The notes under the pieces were generated by a model. That model made no database searches and was not told where the DNA came from. It saw only the letters and a program-made list of their open reading frames with translations. From positions 7,308 through 71,307 of the IMG/VR virus record IMGVR_UViG_3300010149_005285: DNA of 64,000 nucleotides. One strand, written 5' to 3'. How positions within the stretch are numbered: position 1 is the first letter of the stretch; every line of letters begins with the position of its first letter. The translations under genes were made by a program, and so were the position numbers. This stretch comes from a virus. Below are positions 58,330-64,000 of this stretch, piece after piece.

Positions 58330-61022
58330 TGAGTTATGTAGATGCATTTCACGACAGAGAAAGAGATGTTGTACACGTAGTAGAACGTGTCAACGGTAAA
58401 AGAGAATTCAAAGAAATTCCTGCCAAGTACACATTCTATTATAAAGACCCACGTGGCAAGTACACAAGTATCTTTGGTGAAAAATTAGAACGTGTTGTAT
58501 GCAACACAAGTAAAAAATTTAATACTGAAAAGAAAATACACGGTCATAAAGGATTGTATGAAAGTGATGTAAATGTTATTTTTAAATCATTTGCAGAAAA
58601 TTATGACCCTAGCGAAACACCAGATCTAAATATTTGCTTTTTTGATATTGAGACAGACTTTAATAAAGAACAAGGATTTGCTGATCCTAGTGATCCATTT
58701 AACGCAGTAACCGCAATCAGTATGCACAACAATTGGATGAATGCTACTATTTGCCTTGCAATTGGTCCTAAATCTATGACATTTGATCAAGCAGAAGCAG
58801 TTACTAATAAGTTTGAAAACACTATGTTGTTTAAAACAGAACGTGAAATGCTTGAAGCTTTTTTAGACTTGATTGATGATGCAGATATTTTGTCAGGATG
58901 GAATAGTGAAGGATTTGATATTCCTTATCTAGTTAATCGAGTTTCACGTGTATTAAGTAAAAGCCATACACGAAAGTTTTGTTTATGGGAAAAACTTCCT
59001 AAACAACGTGAGTTTGAGCGTTTTGGTGCAACACAAGAAACGTTTGATACAATTGGTAGAGTACATATGGATTACATGCAATTGTACAGAAAGTATACAT
59101 ATCATGAGATGCATTCGTACAGTCTAGATGCTATTGGTGAATATGAACTAGGTGAACGTAAAGTAGACTACGAAGGAACACTAGATCAATTATACAATAA
59201 TGACTTTGAAAAGTTTATTGCATATTCTAGACAAGACGTAGACTTGCTTGTAAAATTAGATAAGAAACTACAGTTTATTGATTTAGCAAACGTACTAGCA
59301 CATTCTAACACAGTGTTGCTACAAACAACAATGGGTGCGGTTGCACAAACAGATCAAGCTATTATCAATGAAGCACACTCGCAAGGACTTATTGTTCCTG
59401 ACAAACGTTATGATAAAGATACTACACAAGCCGCAGGTGCTTATGTTGCTACGCCTAAAAAAGGTTTGCATAAGTGGGTTGGAAGTATTGACTTAAACAG
59501 TCTATATCCTAGTATTATTCGTAGTTGTAATATGAGTACTGAAACTATTATTGGTCAAGTACGTCATACTTACACAAAAGAAATGATTGAGAATGCAAAA
59601 ACAGTAGCTGAAGCATGGGAAGGTCGTTTCGCAACACACGAATATGAACTTGTTATGAAAAAAGATATTGAAGAAATATTACATTTAGATTTTGAGGATG
59701 GAACTAGTTTTGAAGCCACTGGCGCAGAGATATATGAAATTGTGTTTAACAGTGGACAACCTTGGATTATTAGTGCTAATGGCACAATATTTACGTATGA
59801 GAAAAAAGGTATTATTCCTGGATTGCTAGAACGTTGGTATGCAGAACGTAAAGAGCTACAAGCTAAAGCACGTGAAGCACGTGAAGAAGGTGGCGATAAA
59901 TTTGCATATTGGGATAAGCGACAGTTGGTTAAAAAGATTAACTTGAACAGTTTGTATGGTGCGTTACTTAATCCTGGAAGTAGATTCTTTGATAGTAGAC
60001 TAGGACAAAGTACAACACTAACAGGTCGTTGTATTGCAAAACATATGGCCGCAGAGCTTAATAAGATTATTGCAGGTGAATATGATCATCAAGGTAAAGC
60101 AATTGTTTATGGTGATACAGATTCCACATACTTTAGTTCATATCCTATGTTAAAAGACCAAATTAAGAACAATGAAATTAATTGGGACCGAGATAATATT
60201 ATTCAATACTATGATGCAATATGTGAAGAAGTAAACAAAACTTTTCCTGGCTTTATGAGCAGAACATTTCATACTACATTAGAACTAGGCCAAATTATTG
60301 CAGCTGGTAGAGAAATGGTAGGAAGTAGTGGATTGTTTATTACAAAGAAACGTTATGCAATGTTGGTGTTTGATAACGAAGGCAAACGTGAAGATGTAGA
60401 TGGTAAAGCTGGTTATATTAAAGCTATGGGTTTAGACTTGAAACGTAGTGATACTCCACCATGGATGCAAGACTTTTTAAAAGACGTATTGCTTGAAGTT
60501 TTAACCGATGCCGAAGAACAAGACATACTTGAGAAGATTATTGAATTTCGTAAAGAATATAGAGAAAAGCCAAGTTGGCAAAAGGGTAGTCCTAAACGTG
60601 TTAATAACTTAACCGCTTATAGAGGTAAGATGGCTAAGTATGATAAAGATCGTAAAAATGCACACGCCAATGGTAAGAGTGTAAAAGATATTAAAAAACC
60701 AGCAATGCCTGGACATGTTACAGCCGCATTGAATTGGAATAAGCTAAGACAAATTAACAGTGACAATTATGCAGTAGAAATTACAGACGGCATGAAAACT
60801 ATTGTTTGTAGATTAAAAGATAACCCTATGGGATTCACAAGTGTAGGATATCCTACAGATGAAACAAGGCTTCCTGAATGGTTTAAAGATCTTCCTTTTG
60901 ATGATGATCATATGGAAGAAGTAGTAGTTACTAAAAAGTTAGAAAACTTACTTGGTGTATTGGATTGGGGTTTAGACAAAGCCGCGGCTAAAAACACGTT
61001 TAATAGCTTGTTTGAGTGGTAA
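58329..61022 (+). CDS. family B DNA polymerase (T4 gp43-like)
   Basis: FFDIE, GWNSEGFDIPY, DLNSLYPS, KKINLNSLYG, YGDTDS, KKRYA. Confidence 0.97.
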   Translation: MSYVDAFHDRERDVVHVVERVNGKREFKEIPAKYTFYYKDPRGKYTSIFGEKLERVVCNTSKKFNTEKKIHGHKGLYESDVNVIFKSFAENYDPSETPDLNICFFDIETDFNKEQGFADPSDPFNAVTAISMHNNWMNATICLAIGPKSMTFDQAEAVTNKFENTMLFKTEREMLEAFLDLIDDADILSGWNSEGFDIPYLVNRVSRVLSKSHTRKFCLWEKLPKQREFERFGATQETFDTIGRVHMDYMQLYRKYTYHEMHSYSLDAIGEYELGERKVDYEGTLDQLYNNDFEKFIAYSRQDVDLLVKLDKKLQFIDLANVLAHSNTVLLQTTMGAVAQTDQAIINEAHSQGLIVPDKRYDKDTTQAAGAYVATPKKGLHKWVGSIDLNSLYPSIIRSCNMSTETIIGQVRHTYTKEMIENAKTVAEAWEGRFATHEYELVMKKDIEEILHLDFEDGTSFEATGAEIYEIVFNSGQPWIISANGTIFTYEKKGIIPGLLERWYAERKELQAKAREAREEGGDKFAYWDKRQLVKKINLNSLYGALLNPGSRFFDSRLGQSTTLTGRCIAKHMAAELNKIIAGEYDHQGKAIVYGDTDSTYFSSYPMLKDQIKNNEINWDRDNIIQYYDAICEEVNKTFPGFMSRTFHTTLELGQIIAAGREMVGSSGLFITKKRYAMLVFDNEGKREDVDGKAGYIKAMGLDLKRSDTPPWMQDFLKDVLLEVLTDAEEQDILEKIIEFRKEYREKPSWQKGSPKRVNNLTAYRGKMAKYDKDRKNAHANGKSVKDIKKPAMPGHVTAALNWNKLRQINSDNYAVEITDGMKTIVCRLKDNPMGFTSVGYPTDETRLPEWFKDLPFDDDHMEEVVVTKKLENLLGVLDWGLDKAAAKNTFNSLFEW

Positions 61023-61089
61023 AAACCTAGCATTTACTGGGTTTATACACTGTAGACATTTTAGCTATTTTATAGTATAATATAACTAT

Positions 61090-61659
61090 ATGTTTACAAA
61101 AGTTAAATACTTAGTGATTAAAGTATTATTAGCAATAGCATTGTTGTTTACACAAACAGCCAATGCGGCAGAAATAACTAATAAAGACTTTGCATATAAG
61201 ATCAAACATTGTGTTGAATCAATATATGCCAATAAATCAACATATCCAAAATCAAAACAAATTCCATTAGAGCTAATAATAGCACAAGCCGCACATGAAA
61301 GTGCTTGGGGTAAAAGTAGATTTGCCGTAGAAGGTAATGCATTGTTTGGTGTTAGAACTTGGAATCCAAACGAACCTCAACTAAAAGCAAAAGGTGCACC
61401 AGATGCACCATGGGGTGTTAGAAGTTATAATAACTGGTGTGAAAGTATAGAACATTATTTCTTTATATTAGAAACACATCCTGCTTATGAACAATTTAGA
61501 AATGAATTGGAATTTCAAAACACAATCTCTAAACAACCAGATCCAATTAATCTTATACTATATCTTTCACCATGGAGTGAACAAGGACCTAAGTATGTTA
61601 GGTTGTTACAAGACATTTTAGCATGTCTTTATAAAAAATCATTTTTTAAAAATCTATAA
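61090..61659 (+). CDS. GH73 glucosaminidase (Bax/FlgJ-like), secreted
   Basis: Signal peptide, AQAAHESAWGKSRFA.EGNALFG. Confidence 0.85.
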   Translation: MFTKVKYLVIKVLLAIALLFTQTANAAEITNKDFAYKIKHCVESIYANKSTYPKSKQIPLELIIAQAAHESAWGKSRFAVEGNALFGVRTWNPNEPQLKAKGAPDAPWGVRSYNNWCESIEHYFFILETHPAYEQFRNELEFQNTISKQPDPINLILYLSPWSEQGPKYVRLLQDILACLYKKSFFKNL

Positions 61660-61667
61660 TTAAAAGG

Positions 61668-61697
61668 TTGACAAGTAAGACTTCTTAGTGTTAAACT
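61668..61697 (+). promoter_or_regulatory. sigma70-type promoter with palindromic spacer
   Basis: TTGACA-AGTAAGACTTCTTAGT-GT-TAAACT. Confidence 0.7.
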
Positions 61698-61732
61698 ATA
61701 GTTGTTGGCTAAATAATTATAGGAGATATTAA

Positions 61733-62317
61733 ATGGCTACTACAGATAATGCAATTCAATACGACATTCTGTTTGTAAAAGAATTGCTTCCATATATGAA
61801 TTTAAAAAAATCACAAGAGAAACATCTAATTGAATTTACAAAAATGGGCATCATGCAACGTGAAACTATTGCAGAAATGGCTATGGCAACAGTAGGTAAT
61901 TTTGAAGGTGATAGTACACAAGGGCGTGATTTTTGCGATGGCTCAGATGCTAAGACTGTAACAAGTAACTCTCGCAATAATAATAAAGCAAAAGGCTCTT
62001 GGATGAACAGTTTTGAAGTTCGAAATGTTAATACAAAAACTGGAGATCTTCGTGTAATTGCATATAATAAATTACTTAAAAAGTTTCATTATTTTTATAT
62101 TCCAAATTATGCATTTGCACATTTGCGTTCAGCACTTACAATTGTTATTGAGCAAGCAACATGTCATATTGGTGAGCCTAACTTTACAGGTGTTCCAGAT
62201 AGAAATCGTAAGTTTTGGGAATACGAATGTAGTAGTTTTGAAGAAATGTGCAATATGCAACCAGTTAACTTAGACAAATGGGAGATAAAGAAGTATGGTA
62301 ACGCAACTAGGAATTGA
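61733..62317 (+). CDS. hypothetical protein (possible PD-(D/E)xK-like)
   Basis: AGGAG SD; E..D.....DAKT; weak assignment. Confidence 0.6.
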   Translation: MATTDNAIQYDILFVKELLPYMNLKKSQEKHLIEFTKMGIMQRETIAEMAMATVGNFEGDSTQGRDFCDGSDAKTVTSNSRNNNKAKGSWMNSFEVRNVNTKTGDLRVIAYNKLLKKFHYFYIPNYAFAHLRSALTIVIEQATCHIGEPNFTGVPDRNRKFWEYECSSFEEMCNMQPVNLDKWEIKKYGNATRN

Positions 62318-62552
62318 CATTAATAAAGCAATATCAGAAGTAGATATGCTTAGTAGACGACATGGTGGTCCATTTGATAGAGGTGGTGCAGATAGTTATT
62401 ATAGGAGAGGTTATAATCCTCACTATTATACAGCCGACTCTATACAAAGTGATCGTGTAGAACAAGAAGATATGACAGATATTGAAATTGAAGAATATCG
62501 TAAAGGATATCAGGAAAACGAAGACGACGGCAATTTCAAAGATTGGGGTTAA
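62295..62552 (+). CDS. hypothetical phage protein
   Basis: HGGPFDRGGADSYYRR..PHY..Y..GY. Confidence 0.7.
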   Translation: MVTQLGIDINKAISEVDMLSRRHGGPFDRGGADSYYRRGYNPHYYTADSIQSDRVEQEDMTDIEIEEYRKGYQENEDDGNFKDWG

Positions 62553-62557
62553 TAATT

Positions 62558-63517
62558 ATGGACGCACTCACACTATGGATGGCAATAGGATTTCTATTTG
62601 CCGGCTATTCAGTAATAGCAAATGATTCAGTTCAAACACTTGGAACATGGATCGCATCAAACAACGAAAAAGTTAATTGGAAAATTATGTGGGTAGCGGC
62701 TTCAGCAGTTCTCCTTTATACTTTGTGGTATGGGTGGACAGTAAACGGTGGTGACATCAGTTACGGACGACTTAACAGAATTCCATTTCAAGAGATACAA
62801 TGGTACCATGCTATGGCACCAGGACTACTACTAATACTTACAAGAATAGGTGTGCCAGTTAGTACAAGTTTCTTAGTACTAAGTGCATTTGCAAGCACAT
62901 TTGTATTAGAAAAAATGCTTATGAAAAGCATGATGGGTTATGCAGTTGCGGCAGTTGCGGCATACATTATTTGGATAGGAGTTACTAAACTACTAGACGA
63001 AGCAAAGCCTGTTAAAGAAGAACACAAATTATATTGGCGTGTAGCACAATGGATAACCACAGGATTCCTATGGTTTACTTGGTTAAGTCATGACATGGCC
63101 AATATTGCAGTATTCTTACCAAGAGAGATTCCATGGGATCTAATGGTATTGATTAGTATTGTATTTGTTGTAGGACTTGGATATATGTTCCGTGAAGGCG
63201 GAGGTAAAATCCAAAAAATTGTTATTGAGAAACACAATACTCGTTATGTAAGATCTGCTACAATTATTGATGCAGTATATTGGTTAATCTTGTTCTTCTT
63301 TAAAGAACTAAATGATATTCCAATGTCAACAACATGGGTATTTGTTGGATTACTTTGTGGACGTGAACTAGCTATGGCAACTATGACTGGCAAAGAAAAG
63401 TTTAGAACAGTGTTTCCACTAGTTACTAAAGACTTCTTAAAAATGATGATTGGATTAGGTGCATCAGTAGGTGTAGTTCTAGCAATTCATTACATTATTG
63501 TTCCAAACGGACTATAA
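62558..63517 (+). CDS. multi-pass membrane protein, PiT phosphate-permease-like
   Basis: IANDSVQ, PVSTS, HDMAN, PMSTT resemble the duplicated PiT signatures. Confidence 0.6.
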   Translation: MDALTLWMAIGFLFAGYSVIANDSVQTLGTWIASNNEKVNWKIMWVAASAVLLYTLWYGWTVNGGDISYGRLNRIPFQEIQWYHAMAPGLLLILTRIGVPVSTSFLVLSAFASTFVLEKMLMKSMMGYAVAAVAAYIIWIGVTKLLDEAKPVKEEHKLYWRVAQWITTGFLWFTWLSHDMANIAVFLPREIPWDLMVLISIVFVVGLGYMFREGGGKIQKIVIEKHNTRYVRSATIIDAVYWLILFFFKELNDIPMSTTWVFVGLLCGRELAMATMTGKEKFRTVFPLVTKDFLKMMIGLGASVGVVLAIHYIIVPNGL

Positions 63518-63533
63518 AAAATCAAATTAATTT

Positions 63534-63562
63534 AAAAACCCTTGTTTTATAAGGGTTTTTTT
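63534..63562 (+). terminator. intrinsic terminator
   Basis: AAAAACCCTT..AAGGG followed by a T7 tract. Confidence 0.85.
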
Positions 63563-63585
63563 ATGACTTTTTTTGGCTTATCTGG

Positions 63586-63614
63586 TTGACAAGTAAGATA
63601 TCTTACTGTATACT
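63586..63614 (+). promoter_or_regulatory. sigma70-type promoter with perfect 16-bp palindrome
   Basis: TTGACA-AGTAAGATATCTTACT-G-TATACT. Confidence 0.8.
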
Positions 63615-63647
63615 GTATATATAAAGTTAGAAATTAGGAGATATAAT

Positions 63648-63995
63648 ATGTGGGTATGTAAACATTTAGAACCAGCAGTAGATGCTTTAAATGCTTTGAT
63701 TCCAGCGGATGGTCCTTGTGTCAATCCTGTTAAGAATCGTAAACTAGATCAGTTCCGTAAAGCACAGAACGTTGTACATGATATCTTTAATAATGGATTA
63801 GGTAATCGTGGTAAAAGTTTAAAATGTATGGGATTACAGAAACATGATCTAATGTTGCCGTTTAGTCAAGGTGATTATCATCACCCAGGTGACTTTGATC
63901 AAATTGAACGTGTAATTACTCCTATTATGGAACAGAAAATTTATGATGCATGTGCAGAACAAAACATTACTTTAAAGGTAAAGGAGACTGTATAA
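63648..63995 (+). CDS. hypothetical protein
   Basis: AGGAG SD; 115 aa. Confidence 0.7.
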   Translation: MWVCKHLEPAVDALNALIPADGPCVNPVKNRKLDQFRKAQNVVHDIFNNGLGNRGKSLKCMGLQKHDLMLPFSQGDYHHPGDFDQIERVITPIMEQKIYDACAEQNITLKVKETV

Positions 63996-64000
63996 TGAAA

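Noticed and set aside
58329-61022. Intein or intron in the DNA polymerase
   Set aside because: Continuous 897-aa ORF with normal motif spacing
1-64000. Stop-codon reassignment as seen in some jumbo phages
   Set aside because: Recognisable proteins are full length in code 11, and TAG and TGA both end genes at expected positions

Overview
This window is part of an AT-rich, very gene-dense, mostly + strand large (jumbo/T4-like) phage genome; no bacterial chromosome context is seen. A circularly permuted two-piece tmRNA (tag ANDNYQPEMALAA), a ROSE-like thermometer and a DUF1127 gene point to an alphaproteobacterial host (inference). Contents: (1) translation and proteostasis genes: ClpX, IF3, bS21, Hsp20, ClpS, tmRNA, DnaJ, ClpA, five tRNAs and a CCA-adding enzyme; (2) auxiliary metabolic genes: guaC, peroxiredoxin, SpeD-like, phoH, TctC-like, PiT-like, uvsE; (3) lysis genes: GH19 endolysin, holin candidate, overlapping spanin pair, GH73 enzyme; (4) seven radical SAM genes plus oxygenase, diiron, GATase and other tailoring-type enzymes; (5) an array at about 36.8-54.5 kb of proteins with a shared short N-terminal motif and (I/L/V)xE domain junctions, which look like capsid-packaged, protease-processed polyproteins carrying enzymes; (6) a DsbA-like protein, a DNA methyltransferase and a family B DNA polymerase. 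Two promoter classes are visible (sigma70 TTGACA-17-TATAAT and a T4-late-like TAAATA box), along with apparently leaderless late genes, a probable AUU-initiated gene and two unexplained structured RNA leaders. All product calls come from motif recognition by eye; no database searches were run.
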